Shown: positions 1-9,812, counted from the stretch's first letter. The stretch: DNA of 64,000 nucleotides from an uncultured virus (IMG/VR IMGVR_UViG_3300016464_000385) (IMGVR_UViG_3300016464_000385); one strand, 5' to 3'. Notes: a model not told the origin generated them from the sequence alone. Translations and numbers: made by a program.

Positions 1-542
1 ATGAATGGGAATTAAAAAGGATGAAAAGAAGATTAAAATCACATCAATATAAACTTCCAAAAAATAGAGTTCAAGCTATGCTCAATGCTGATTCAACAAC
101 AGAATTTTACGAAGAACATGCTCCACTGACTGAAAAAGGTAGAATGTGGTATTTTAGCCCAAGAGCTGGTATAAATTTGAGGCAAATGTGGGAAGAAAGT
201 AATACGATTGAATTCAGACATTTCCCAGGAACTTTAGATGCAACAGAGATGCGGTCTTGTATTACTTGGTGTCAACAATTTCTTGATTCTATTTTAAATT
301 CGCAAGAAGAATTAACCCCCCGCGAAATTTATATGAATGGTTCGTATAAATTCCCTAAATTCCAACCTTATGAATTTGAAACGGAACAAGTATATCAATG
401 GACCAATTTTGACACAAATACAAAAAAACAAATAAAATTCAGGTTGGATGAGTTACGCAGTTTTATAGATATAGATGACGTAAATAATGTTACATCAAAA
501 CAAGTTTATGATATAATTTGTAAATTGAAAGAGGAGGGTTAG
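1..542 (+). CDS. Amidoligase-like (COOH-NH2 ligase type) protein, C-terminal part; 5' end lies outside the window
   Basis: Frame is open from position 3 into the ORF at 21..542; C-terminal motif 'GINL...TIEFRHFPGT' resembles phage amidoligase families; adjacent to DNA-modification genes. Confidence 0.55.
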   Translation, partial: EWELKRMKRRLKSHQYKLPKNRVQAMLNADSTTEFYEEHAPLTEKGRMWYFSPRAGINLRQMWEESNTIEFRHFPGTLDATEMRSCITWCQQFLDSILNSQEELTPREIYMNGSYKFPKFQPYEFETEQVYQWTNFDTNTKKQIKFRLDELRSFIDIDDVNNVTSKQVYDIICKLKEEG

Positions 543-545
543 ATA

Positions 546-977
546 GTGAAAGTTTTATTTGTTTGTCATGGAAATATTAACAGAAGTGCTGCTGGAGAAA
601 TTATTCTTAAGTCAATTAAACCCGAATGGGAAATTAAAAGCGCAGCACTAAAAGAAACAAAGGGGGGAGAGATCACAGCAAAAAAGATGAGAGATGCTTT
701 ATGTGAACTTGGATATAAAACCGAGGGAATCAGATCAACCCCAATAAATCAGCAACTAGTCGATTGGGCCGATATTATATTTTACATGGATGATTCAAAT
801 AAAAACAAACTGGAAGAGAAATTTGGACAACAAATTTTCAAAAAATCAATAAGAATTAGTAGCCTAATTGGTGTACCAAAAATACCAGATCCAAATTTCG
901 CTAAAGATAATGAATTACATAAACAAGTTATTTCTATGTTGGAAAAAGCTTTGATTAATTACATAAATGTTGTATAA
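546..977 (+). CDS. Low-molecular-weight phosphatase (LMW-PTP/ArsC fold)
   Basis: N-terminal 'KVLFVCHGNINRS' CX5R loop, 'WADIIFYMD' and 'IPDP' general-acid motif; GTG start after GAGGAGG. Confidence 0.8.
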   Translation: MKVLFVCHGNINRSAAGEIILKSIKPEWEIKSAALKETKGGEITAKKMRDALCELGYKTEGIRSTPINQQLVDWADIIFYMDDSNKNKLEEKFGQQIFKKSIRISSLIGVPKIPDPNFAKDNELHKQVISMLEKALINYINVV

Positions 978-1983
978 TAAAAATAATAGAAGAGAATTAT
1001 TTATAAGGTGGTATGCTTGGTCTTTGAAGTATAAAGATTGCGATCCAGCTATTTGGTTAGCAAATTATCTTAACGAACGATTTGAACATAACATAGAACA
1101 AAAATATTGGTTTTCTTGGTTGTATGGAAATACATATAATTTACCAACAGCTTGGGTTATGTTCAATGAATTTCCAGATTACGAGTTAGTTACTCAAGAT
1201 AGAATATCTTGGTGGAATGAATCTAATTATAAAAGATTGAGATATCAAACTGATATGAAATACGAGAAAGGAAAATTGCCTGAAAAATTCAATTCGTATA
1301 AAAATTCTTTAGGTAATTCGCAACAAAAAGAATTTTTTTGTAATTTATATTTAGATAATGAAAAGCAAAATTTTGATAATATTTGGAAACATATAATAAA
1401 AAAATTTCACAGATTTGGTAGGTATTCAACTTGGTTTTATATGCAACAATTAAAGTCAACTTGCGGGTTGTTAATTGAACCTACGTCAATGATGTTAAAC
1501 GATTATTCTGGTTCCAAAAGTCATAGAAATGGTTTGTTGCTGGCTCTTGGAATGGATGAAAAATATAACGAGAAATTAACCATTTCTGAATATCTGTATT
1601 TAGAATCAGTTTGTGGAGAAATTTTAAAGGAAACAAGAGAAAGATTCCCTGAGTTGTCGGATGATATCAATCATTTTACTTTAGAGACTGTTTTGTGCTC
1701 TTTCAAAAAAATTTTCAGAAAGAAACACGGGAGATATCTTGGTTATTATTTAGATAGACAATCTGAAGAAATAATACAAATAGAAAAAGACGGATGGTTT
1801 GGTATTGATTGGGATGTTTTATGGCAAGCAAGAAACGAATGTCTTGATTTTAGAATTGCAGGGAAAAATTTAATAGAAGATTATAAATTTTCAGAATTCA
1901 TTGACAATGGATTTTTATCTAGAATGAACTGGATGTTTGACGACGAAAAAGAACTTAAGAATATTTTGGAGTATTTTGTATGA
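967..1983 (+). CDS. Amino acid:DNA transferase, aGPT-Pplase2-like (thymidine hypermodification)
   Basis: Motifs 'DCDPA', 'WLYGNTY', 'FGRYSTWFY', 'GSKSHRNGL', 'LETVLCSFKK', 'RYLGYY'; paired with a downstream P-loop kinase as in known hmU-hypermodifying phages. Confidence 0.75.
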   Translation: MLYNKNNRRELFIRWYAWSLKYKDCDPAIWLANYLNERFEHNIEQKYWFSWLYGNTYNLPTAWVMFNEFPDYELVTQDRISWWNESNYKRLRYQTDMKYEKGKLPEKFNSYKNSLGNSQQKEFFCNLYLDNEKQNFDNIWKHIIKKFHRFGRYSTWFYMQQLKSTCGLLIEPTSMMLNDYSGSKSHRNGLLLALGMDEKYNEKLTISEYLYLESVCGEILKETRERFPELSDDINHFTLETVLCSFKKIFRKKHGRYLGYYLDRQSEEIIQIEKDGWFGIDWDVLWQARNECLDFRIAGKNLIEDYKFSEFIDNGFLSRMNWMFDDEKELKNILEYFV

Positions 1984-2519
1984 GAAAAATCATGGCTATT
2001 GCTGGAGAACCAGGAACTGGTAAAACTACATTAATGTGGTCTTTTATTCGTCAATACGTTTGGGAAACCAGAGAAGAAGTTAAATTAGTTAATACGCTCT
2101 ACAATAAAGAAAAAAATTTATATATTCTCGGGAAATATGAAGAGGGAGAAACTTTTTCCGGTACAGATAGATATTCTATGGCAGTTCAACCTTCAGCTAT
2201 AGAGTTTATAAAGAATAACGAATCAAATATTTTATTTGAAGGCGATAGACTAACTAACAATAAATTTTATGATTTTTTATTAGATTTGCCTAACACCGAA
2301 GTCCAATTTTTAATAGTTACTGCAAATAAAAATACATTAAGCGAAAGGTATAAGACAAGGAATAGCAATCAATCGGAAACTTTTTTAAAAGGAAGAAAAA
2401 CTAAAATTGATAATATTTTGAGTAACTTTTGTTACATGGATTATAGAGAATTAGTTAAAAACGAAGATATTGTGGATCAACAAACAATTTTAGAAAAAAT
2501 TAATAAATTTTTCTCGTAA
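1980..2519 (+). CDS. P-loop nucleotide kinase, probable 5-hmU DNA kinase
   Basis: Walker A 'GEPGTGKTT', 'LGKY...FSGTDRYSMAVQP', 'FEGDRL'; overlaps the stop of the transferase gene. Confidence 0.75.
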   Translation: MRKIMAIAGEPGTGKTTLMWSFIRQYVWETREEVKLVNTLYNKEKNLYILGKYEEGETFSGTDRYSMAVQPSAIEFIKNNESNILFEGDRLTNNKFYDFLLDLPNTEVQFLIVTANKNTLSERYKTRNSNQSETFLKGRKTKIDNILSNFCYMDYRELVKNEDIVDQQTILEKINKFFS

Positions 2520-2545
2520 AAAAGGGGACCGAAGTCCCCTTTATG
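2518..2545. terminator. Intrinsic terminator between convergent genes; C(UUCG)G tetraloop on the minus strand, ending gp23
   Basis: AAAGGGGAC-CGAA-GTCCCCTTT at 2521-2542 with A/T tails on both sides. Confidence 0.9.
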
Positions 2546-2566
2546 TTTTCCCTTATTAGGAATACC

Positions 2567-3865
2567 TTACATGATATTTCTAACAGCGAAGATACGATAG
2601 TAAACGTTGCTGCGAGCATTTAGAACGCCAGCGCCAACATTTGTACCTTCAGCAAATGGGTTTGCTACCATTCCATAACGAGTCTTGAAGCCGATCTTAG
2701 GTTGGAAAGTACCTGGATCAACTGCACGAACCATTTGTAGAGGAACGTATGGGCAGTAGAATAGACCTGCGTCATAAGGAGAAGTACCCTTATAACCAAC
2801 AGTAACTAGTTCAGTACCAGCAGACATACCGCCGAAGTATGGGTCGATGTAAACTTTAATACGGCCATGTAGCATACCGCAGAAAGTATTACCAGTATCG
2901 TCAACTTGTAGATCAGCACTTAGAGCTGGGGTGTAAGATAGAACACCAGCCATTGCTAGAGCAGAAGCTACGTCAGAAGAAACGATAAGTACATTACCTT
3001 TCCCTCTACGGGTTTCTTTCGCAATTACATTAGCTTCTCTTTCGATTTGATAAATTAGACCCTTGAAACGTTCAACTGACCAACGACCATTAGAATCGGT
3101 ATCTAGATCGAATACGCCAGAAGTAACAGTACCCCATTGGCAACCAGGTTTAGCAACAGAGTAGATCGTACGGATAACTTCGCGGTTAATTTCCGCTAGG
3201 ATTTCAGTAGATAGAATGTTGCTTAGTTCGGTTTCAGCGTCTAGACCATGAATTGCTTTTAGGTCTTGAGCTAGTTCTAGTGAGTATTCTGCTTTTAGCG
3301 CACGAGTGTTCGCGGTAACAGTTACTTTATCAATAGAAACAGCCATTTGTGGGAAAGTTCCGGTATCAAGCTGTTCTGCAACAGAAGTCTTGAATCCAAG
3401 ACCAGTAGTAAATGCTGCACTATTAGCAATATTAGCAACTGGATTGTTAGAAGTATCAGATCCGCCAGCATTTTGAGTGCTACCAACAATACCGGAGAAT
3501 ACGGTATTAGCTTCGTTATAGAACGCTTCAGTACCAGACTGACCGTTATAACGAGAACGTAGAGCGAAGATTAGTCCAGTAGGACCAGTCATAGGCTGAA
3601 CGCCAGCAACGTCATACGCAATTAGGTTAGGTAGTGAACGGCGAACTAGGCTGATAAGAATTGGATCGAAGTTAGAAATACCGCCAGCAACGTTAGTTGG
3701 AGCAGTTTCGTTGATCGCGCCTCTTTCAGAGTCCATCGCGTTTTGTTGGTTTTCAAGAACCATAGCAGTAACGGTTCTTTTATATGGGTCTTTAATTGGT
3801 TCTAGTTCTGGATGTTCCAGAATAGGACTCCATTTTTCAACAATTTGGTCTTCGTTTAAGTACAT
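2567..3865 (-). CDS. gp23: Major capsid protein (T4 gp23 family)
   Basis: 'GVQPMTGPTGLIFALRSRY', 'RALKAEYSLELAQDLKAIHGLDAETEL', 'YCPYVPLQMVRA', 'FQPKIGFKTRYG'; AAGGAG RBS. Confidence 0.98.
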   Translation of the reverse strand: MYLNEDQIVEKWSPILEHPELEPIKDPYKRTVTAMVLENQQNAMDSERGAINETAPTNVAGGISNFDPILISLVRRSLPNLIAYDVAGVQPMTGPTGLIFALRSRYNGQSGTEAFYNEANTVFSGIVGSTQNAGGSDTSNNPVANIANSAAFTTGLGFKTSVAEQLDTGTFPQMAVSIDKVTVTANTRALKAEYSLELAQDLKAIHGLDAETELSNILSTEILAEINREVIRTIYSVAKPGCQWGTVTSGVFDLDTDSNGRWSVERFKGLIYQIEREANVIAKETRRGKGNVLIVSSDVASALAMAGVLSYTPALSADLQVDDTGNTFCGMLHGRIKVYIDPYFGGMSAGTELVTVGYKGTSPYDAGLFYCPYVPLQMVRAVDPGTFQPKIGFKTRYGMVANPFAEGTNVGAGVLNARSNVYYRIFAVRNIM

Positions 3866-3894
3866 TGTAGATTTCTCCTTAATATTTTTAAAAA

Positions 3895-5205
3895 TTAAAA
3901 TTTAGTAAGCTTGGTAATTTTATTAACATAAGATGCGATTAAGGGATCGACAACTTTTGTCGTATAATCTTCATCGAGTTCAACTGATTCATTTAAAGAA
4001 TCATAAGTTGCTTGTTTAACCGTATTTGGGAAATAGCTTTCCTTGATAGTTTCAAGCTTTTCGTTAAAATCTTCTTCTGAAACAAAATCTACGCTTTTTG
4101 CGATTGATTTGATTTTCTCAGCTTGAGAAAGAGTTAAACCTTCGCAAATTCCATGAATTGCTTCAAGTTTCTTTTGTTCAGAGATTGATTTCTTAAGATC
4201 AATATTTTTCAGAATTTGTTGATTTACTTGTTCTTCTAAATCTTCAACTTTAGATACAAGTTCTTCGACAACATCAACACTTTCTTCTGGAATATCAATA
4301 TAGTGTTCAACAAACACATTGCGTAGTGCTCCGATGAAATCTTCTACGATTTCTGTACGAAGTCCTTTTTCGATGGCAAGTTTATTTTCTTCCATCCAAT
4401 TTTCAACAACATAGTCAAGATAAGAATCTAATTTGTCTGCAAAATCTTCCTTGACCACTTCTAGAGTTTCTTCAAACTCTTGCGTATATCTTTCTTCTAA
4501 TTCTGCTGCAATTTCTTCAACGCGAGCTTCAACAGCAGCTTCGAAAATCATTGTAGCTTTTACTTTGAAATCTTCAGAAAGATTTTCTCCATATAGCATA
4601 GCATCAATGTCTTCTTTCATCTTTTTCTTGCTCTTAGAAGATTTTGTTTCTTCACCAGACATTTGGCAAACAGCATCTTCTTTACCCATGCCATATTTTT
4701 CAACGAAAGTTTCTTCATCCATTGATTCTAGATCTTCCATAACTTCTTCTTCAGAAGCTTCTTCATATTCTTCATCATCCCATTCTTCCTCTTCTTCACC
4801 TTCAACACAGCAAGGTTTAGATGCGCCTGGATTTGCAGAGAAAGTTTGTTTAGGCATCGGGCCTTTTCCGCGATTTACTTTGGTTTCTTCTGGGGTTTCA
4901 GAACCTTCTGGAGAACCGGATAGATCTTTACGACCAGCAGTTTGTTGCGGTTGAGTTCCAAGTTTCTTCATTGGTTCGGAACCAACTGGAGGTTTTGCTC
5001 CAGGAGGAGTAGCAGTAGGAACTCCTTTAGTAGCATCATAGTTATTGTCTGTAGTTTTGTGGCCAGCAGTACCAATTTCTAATTCAGCTTGCTGAGGAGC
5101 TTTTACGTTTGGTTTATAACCATCCCCAAAAGCAGCTCTTGGAGCACTACCAACAGAACCCTTTAGGATTTCTGCAGCAGCTTCTGATAAATTTAATTTT
5201 GACAT
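3895..5205 (-). CDS. gp22: Prohead core scaffolding protein (gp22) with long low-complexity N-terminus
   Basis: 'LSEDFKVKATMIFEAAV', 'LDSYLDYVVENWMEENKLAIEKGLRTEI'; located between gp21 and gp23. Confidence 0.95.
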   Translation of the reverse strand: MSKLNLSEAAAEILKGSVGSAPRAAFGDGYKPNVKAPQQAELEIGTAGHKTTDNNYDATKGVPTATPPGAKPPVGSEPMKKLGTQPQQTAGRKDLSGSPEGSETPEETKVNRGKGPMPKQTFSANPGASKPCCVEGEEEEEWDDEEYEEASEEEVMEDLESMDEETFVEKYGMGKEDAVCQMSGEETKSSKSKKKMKEDIDAMLYGENLSEDFKVKATMIFEAAVEARVEEIAAELEERYTQEFEETLEVVKEDFADKLDSYLDYVVENWMEENKLAIEKGLRTEIVEDFIGALRNVFVEHYIDIPEESVDVVEELVSKVEDLEEQVNQQILKNIDLKKSISEQKKLEAIHGICEGLTLSQAEKIKSIAKSVDFVSEEDFNEKLETIKESYFPNTVKQATYDSLNESVELDEDYTTKVVDPLIASYVNKITKLTKF

Positions 5206-5244
5206 TTACAATCTCCTTAGATTTAAATATATTTCTATATGATT

Positions 5245-5252
5245 TATTTATA
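5245..5252 (-). promoter_or_regulatory. T4-type late promoter TATAAATA upstream of gp22-gp23
   Basis: Exact TATTTATA on the plus strand, intergenic, 40 nt upstream of the gp22 start. Confidence 0.8.
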
Positions 5253-5277
5253 AAAAATTAATATTTTAACAAATTAC

Positions 5278-5940
5278 TTATAATCTATTAATATAAGTTT
5301 CGAAAATTCTTAAAGCTACGGCTTCAATATCTTTCTTTTTGGTTTTATGGATGGTTTTCTTAGCTTCTTCTTTATATTGTTGAACCCAACCTTGTCCATT
5401 AACAAATACCCAATCTACATCTTCCATAATACCATCTACCCAACAAGAAATTCCTGATGGTTGCAAAACAGCATCAACGCAAGCAATAGTAAAATCGGGT
5501 TGAACAATTTTAATTCCGTTTTCTTCTTTCAAAGAGCCTAATGCTCTAGAAGAACAACCGAACGAAACTCCTCCTTCAATCAACGCTTTAAGCTCTTTTC
5601 CGGCGGCAGTTTCTAAAACTTTAGCTTTACCCCAAATATCACCTTTATCGGTTCCTTTTCGAACAACATTTAATTCTGTAATGATATGAGAAATTTTATT
5701 CTCTGTTACTCTTGGAGATTCTTCATGACCTAATGTACCGACCGCTCTGTTTTTAGATACAAGTTCTTCAATATATTTTTCGACTGCAGGAATCATCACG
5801 TTTTCGTGATATATTCTTCCATTTCTGTTCGGAACCCCAAACTCCATAAATGGACCTTGGATATAATAATTTTTTGCTCCAGAAGCAGTAGATTCAGTCA
5901 AAACTTCAAAATCTTCTATATCTTCTCGTAATAGTTTCAT
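5278..5940 (-). CDS. gp21: Prohead protease (gp21)
   Basis: 'YIQGPFM...NRNGRIY', 'GTLGH', 'GCSSRALGSL', 'DAVLQPS'. Confidence 0.95.
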   Translation of the reverse strand: MKLLREDIEDFEVLTESTASGAKNYYIQGPFMEFGVPNRNGRIYHENVMIPAVEKYIEELVSKNRAVGTLGHEESPRVTENKISHIITELNVVRKGTDKGDIWGKAKVLETAAGKELKALIEGGVSFGCSSRALGSLKEENGIKIVQPDFTIACVDAVLQPSGISCWVDGIMEDVDWVFVNGQGWVQQYKEEAKKTIHKTKKKDIEAVALRIFETYINRL

Positions 5941-5959
5941 TTTAGTTTTCCTTTTTTTA

Positions 5960-6271
5960 TTATAAAGCCTTTCTTTTAGATAATCTTTCTAATTTATTTT
6001 CTAATTCTTTTCTATGACTATCAATTTTTTCTATATTTTGATGAGGGTGTATTATAGAAACCGCTCTTTTTTGAGCATCTATTCTATTGATAGAATCAGA
6101 AGTTATTTGTTCATCTACCGAAAAATCTTCGAAATCCAGAATATTGATAGAAGTTTTCTTTTCTTGTAATTTCGCGAAAACTTTTTCTGATATAATATTC
6201 TTAAGATGTATTTCGGCTTCTGCCAATTTATTATTAGAAAAACATTCTAGTAATTTTTTTATATTATCCAT
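5960..6271 (-). CDS. Probable prohead core protein (gp67/gp68-like)
   Basis: Small helical, charged protein directly upstream of gp21; assignment mostly by synteny. Confidence 0.5.
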   Translation of the reverse strand: MDNIKKLLECFSNNKLAEAEIHLKNIISEKVFAKLQEKKTSINILDFEDFSVDEQITSDSINRIDAQKRAVSIIHPHQNIEKIDSHRKELENKLERLSKRKAL

Positions 6272-6275
6272 AAAT

Positions 6276-6692
6276 TTAAATCTTCTTTAATTGAAAGTGC
6301 ATACCATCAGGAGAATCCCATTCTCCGCCCCAATCGAAACCCGCTTCTTTGAAACAATTTACAAAATCTTCAGACAGAGTTGGAGTTTTTCCCATTTTAT
6401 TCCAAGCCGCGTTTATGTCTATAGCAACTCCCCAAGAATGTAAAGAAGGAGTATCTCCTTGCCTTTTATTTCTTATATTAAAACATCCGTCCCAAGACTT
6501 TAATTCTTCCTGAAGTCCTTTGTTTATTATATTCTTAAAAGCATTAGTTAATGGAGCAACTAAATCTTTATTACAATATATCTTTTTCGGTACTGCTGCG
6601 AATTGTAATTCTCTTGGGACGTTCCATAAAATCATATTAGATTCTTTTACAGGGGTTCCGTATTTGTCGTAACATTGCTTAGAAGTTAGCAT
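6276..6692 (-). CDS. M15-family Zn peptidase, endolysin-like
   Basis: 'GCFNIR', 'SLHSWGVAIDIN' (SxHxxGxAxD), 'WGGEW...DGMHFQ'. Confidence 0.85.
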   Translation of the reverse strand: MLTSKQCYDKYGTPVKESNMILWNVPRELQFAAVPKKIYCNKDLVAPLTNAFKNIINKGLQEELKSWDGCFNIRNKRQGDTPSLHSWGVAIDINAAWNKMGKTPTLSEDFVNCFKEAGFDWGGEWDSPDGMHFQLKKI

Positions 6693-6695
6693 ATA

Positions 6696-7202
6696 TTAAG
6701 GGGTAACGCCGTATGGTCTATAATTGAATGCATTAGGTTCTATTAATTGTCCAGCATCATAGTAATTGTTATCTTTATGCAATTCCACTATAATTGAATA
6801 ATTCCCCAAAGAAACATTACTGGAATATAATCCAATATCGCCTTTAACTCCAGCTCCTGTATTATTATTTGGAATGGCAATCCAATTTCCGGCTGCGTTA
6901 TATTCACCAGCTCCAGACATTGTTATAATAGGTACTTGATTTGCTCCGCTCCATGTTAAATACACGCAAGCACCAGCGTTCAACGATACGTCATACCAGA
7001 CTCTATAGACGGATAATCCGTAATAACTTTTTGCCACAGCACCATTTGTTAATAAGTTATTGTTTGCATCCAAAGCTCTGTATAAAGTATTTGCTACTAT
7101 TCTAGCACTATTACTTTCGTCGGAAGTTAATGCGGTTCCTGTGAGCTTAATAACTGTTTGTTTTGTAGTATCTTTTAATACTTGGTATGTAAAATTAGGC
7201 AT
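6696..7202 (-). CDS. Hypothetical beta-rich virion protein
   Basis: 168-aa ORF co-oriented and tightly packed in the head module; Asn/Gly/Ser rich. Confidence 0.6.
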   Translation of the reverse strand: MPNFTYQVLKDTTKQTVIKLTGTALTSDESNSARIVANTLYRALDANNNLLTNGAVAKSYYGLSVYRVWYDVSLNAGACVYLTWSGANQVPIITMSGAGEYNAAGNWIAIPNNNTGAGVKGDIGLYSSNVSLGNYSIIVELHKDNNYYDAGQLIEPNAFNYRPYGVTP

Positions 7203-7593
7203 CTATTTTTTCCTTATTTTTTACTGAATAAGTCAGGACGTTTAAAAAGTTTTGATCTGATTCTTTTATAAAATTTTCGAATTCTTCTTTTCCTTCATAC
7301 AAAGATTCGTATAGATCTATTATTAAATCGGCGCAATCTTTATTAACATTTAGAGAGATACCATTTTCAAAAGAAATTTCTTGAACTTCTTCTAAATTTT
7401 TTAAATCTTCTATTAAAGAATATTCAGATTCTGTTAATCCAATTCCGTTTTTATTGTATGTTATTGAAAAATATTTTTTCAAAGATTCACAATAATACAA
7501 AGCAACTTTCTGATTCCCAGGAAATTGTTGTACTCCCTTTTTCCGAAAGATAAGGGTATTAGGTAAATCTTTAATATTATTTTCTTTCATCAT
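7195..7593 (-). CDS. Hypothetical head-region protein
   Basis: Overlaps both neighbours; 'RKKGVQQFPGNQKVALYY' resembles a motif in T4-like head-region hypotheticals. Confidence 0.6.
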   Translation of the reverse strand: MMKENNIKDLPNTLIFRKKGVQQFPGNQKVALYYCESLKKYFSITYNKNGIGLTESEYSLIEDLKNLEEVQEISFENGISLNVNKDCADLIIDLYESLYEGKEEFENFIKESDQNFLNVLTYSVKNKEKIDA

Positions 7594-8111
7594 TTTATAA
7601 TATTGTCATAAGGTTTAACTTTTCTGGTTCTTTTTATTATTGCAGATTTTGTCTTTCCTAAAGGTTTATAAAAAAGTTTAGCTTCTTCCAATCCTTCAAC
7701 TTCTTCTTTACGCATTCCGTAGAAAGCTCCAAGAGCCATTTTAATTCTTTCTTCTTTAGATTTACCAGCAAACTTAGGATCGTTTGAATTTACGAAATCT
7801 TTAATTATTTCTGAAGCTGACATATCTGGAGTTATTTTTTCTTCAAGTTCATCAGATTCTTTACGAAGTTTAGCGAAATCTGCCGCCGTCAATTTCCCTT
7901 TTGGTTCAGCTACGTCTAGTTTTTTTTGTTTTCCAACTAATTCTTTAGACTCAGTTACGCCTCTGTTAATCAAATCTTTAGCAACTTCAATCCTTTCTTG
8001 TTCAATTGCATTAATAATTTTATATTGTAAAGCAGACTCAATTTCTGCCTGCATATCAGCAACATTATTATCAAATGCATGATCAACAGCATATTTAACG
8101 TTCTCGTTCAT
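7590..8111 (-). CDS. Prohead core/internal protein (gp67-like)
   Basis: Directly downstream of portal; repeated LEE/VTE motifs resembling gp21 cleavage sites. Confidence 0.6.
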   Translation of the reverse strand: MNENVKYAVDHAFDNNVADMQAEIESALQYKIINAIEQERIEVAKDLINRGVTESKELVGKQKKLDVAEPKGKLTAADFAKLRKESDELEEKITPDMSASEIIKDFVNSNDPKFAGKSKEERIKMALGAFYGMRKEEVEGLEEAKLFYKPLGKTKSAIIKRTRKVKPYDNIIK

Positions 8112-8150
8112 TTTTAAATTCCTCTAAAATTTATAAGTATTTATTATTTA

Positions 8151-9812
8151 TTATTTTACATTATATGGATTATTAGGTTTCATTTGTTGCTCTTGAGGGG
8201 CCGCAGGTTCGTCTCCAGCATTAATTTGAGCTTCTGGGTTTGGATTTAATTCGTTTTGCAGCTCAATCGCCTGTTGTTGCAACATAATCTGTTTTTGTTG
8301 ATCCTCGGATTGTTTTTGATAATCTTCTGCAGATTCTTCATCCATTTCTTTCTGCATTTCTTGCATTTCTATATCGTTAAATCTTAAAACATTTTCAGAA
8401 ATCCATTTTTTAGAATAATACTTACCTGCGTATTGATCTATGATTGCAAGAATACCTAATCTTTCTTGCATTAATTCTGCTTCTTTTAGTTCTACGAAAT
8501 TATTATCTTTTATGAAATCGTAATAGATATTTTCTTTATATAATCCCCATTCTTCTTCAGTACAAACCCCTTTTAAAACTAGCTGTACTCTTAAGGCTTG
8601 ATCAAATATTTCAGAAAATTTTCCTCTCAATTTATCAATAAATTTAGAGAATTTTAATTCGTCTCTTGTTATTTCTGTAGATCTTCCTATTGAAGTCGCT
8701 TGACTAGGATCTAATCTAGTCACGGGAACGTTTAAAGATTTGTATAATTTTCTTTCGAAATAATTCACATCTTCTAATTGCCCTAAATTCTGTCCGGAAG
8801 GTAATGTAGTAATTTCTGTGGATTTTCCGTCGCTTCTGCGAGGCATCCAGAAATCCTCCATCATCGAGAGATGTCTTCTATCATCTCTAACTTCTCCGGT
8901 TTGAGCATCATAAACCAATTTATTTTTATATTTGGTCATAATATCTTTGACGTATTGTTCCGCTTTAATTCTTGGGAGATTACCGACGTCAATATAAAAA
9001 ATTCTTCTTTCCGGCGCTCTACTTAATCTATAGATAACTACAGCGTCTTCAATCATTCTTAATTGATTGAGAGGTTTAATTGCTTTGTGTAGGTATGATA
9101 AAACCATACCTCTTTTTGAATCCATTAGTCCGGAATTAACATTAATAATAGAATCCGGAGCTATTTTAATACCAGCTACAGTAGAACTCATTGGACCGCT
9201 CATAATTCTTTCGGAGTATACAAAATATTCTTGAGTGGTTGTTATGATATCAATACCAGTATTAGTATCTTTTTGTTTCTTTACTTCTCGAACTTTTCTG
9301 ATTTTTCTAGGGTCTATATATCGTAATTCTTGAATTCCTTTTTGCGGAGATTCTATATCAACAATTAAATGATAAAATAACCTACCATCAACATAATATC
9401 TACGGAATATATCAGAACCCATATTATCAAAATTTAATAATCGTAATATAGTTTTGAATTCTTCTTCTATAGCAGTTTTAATTTTGTCTGGTTGTTTGAG
9501 GTCGTCCATGATGATTTTTACGCTTTTTCCAGTATCATCATGGACGATTGCCTCGTTTACTATATCATCAATAGCGGATTCAACTTCTGGTTGCATAGCC
9601 ATTTCTCTGTAACGAGTTATTAGCTCTACTTCGTTTTTAGCTGATCCATCTAAATCAATAGCAGATGTTCCAAATTGCGCCGCAGAAGTAACGGTAAATG
9701 CCCCATCCTCATTATTAGGCGGAGCAAATGATGGTTGTACTAATTGTTCGGCTTCATCTTCTTTCTTTCCGATTCTAAAACCGAAGAGATTGAATCTACT
9801 TTTATCTGCCAT
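8151..9812 (-). CDS. gp20: Portal protein (gp20)
   Basis: 'YLHKAIKPLNQLRMIEDAVVIYRLSRAPERRIFYIDVGNLP', 'EDFWMPRR', 'ITRDELKFSKFI'. Confidence 0.98.
   Translation of the reverse strand: MADKSRFNLFGFRIGKKEDEAEQLVQPSFAPPNNEDGAFTVTSAAQFGTSAIDLDGSAKNEVELITRYREMAMQPEVESAIDDIVNEAIVHDDTGKSVKIIMDDLKQPDKIKTAIEEEFKTILRLLNFDNMGSDIFRRYYVDGRLFYHLIVDIESPQKGIQELRYIDPRKIRKVREVKKQKDTNTGIDIITTTQEYFVYSERIMSGPMSSTVAGIKIAPDSIINVNSGLMDSKRGMVLSYLHKAIKPLNQLRMIEDAVVIYRLSRAPERRIFYIDVGNLPRIKAEQYVKDIMTKYKNKLVYDAQTGEVRDDRRHLSMMEDFWMPRRSDGKSTEITTLPSGQNLGQLEDVNYFERKLYKSLNVPVTRLDPSQATSIGRSTEITRDELKFSKFIDKLRGKFSEIFDQALRVQLVLKGVCTEEEWGLYKENIYYDFIKDNNFVELKEAELMQERLGILAIIDQYAGKYYSKKWISENVLRFNDIEMQEMQKEMDEESAEDYQKQSEDQQKQIMLQQQAIELQNELNPNPEAQINAGDEPAAPQEQQMKPNNPYNVK

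Noticed and set aside
3347..4954. Antisense ORFs within gp23 and gp22 (3347..3562, 3711..3905, 4433..4954)
   Set aside because: Fully opposite well-supported genes; Ser-rich shadow of Glu-rich coding sequence
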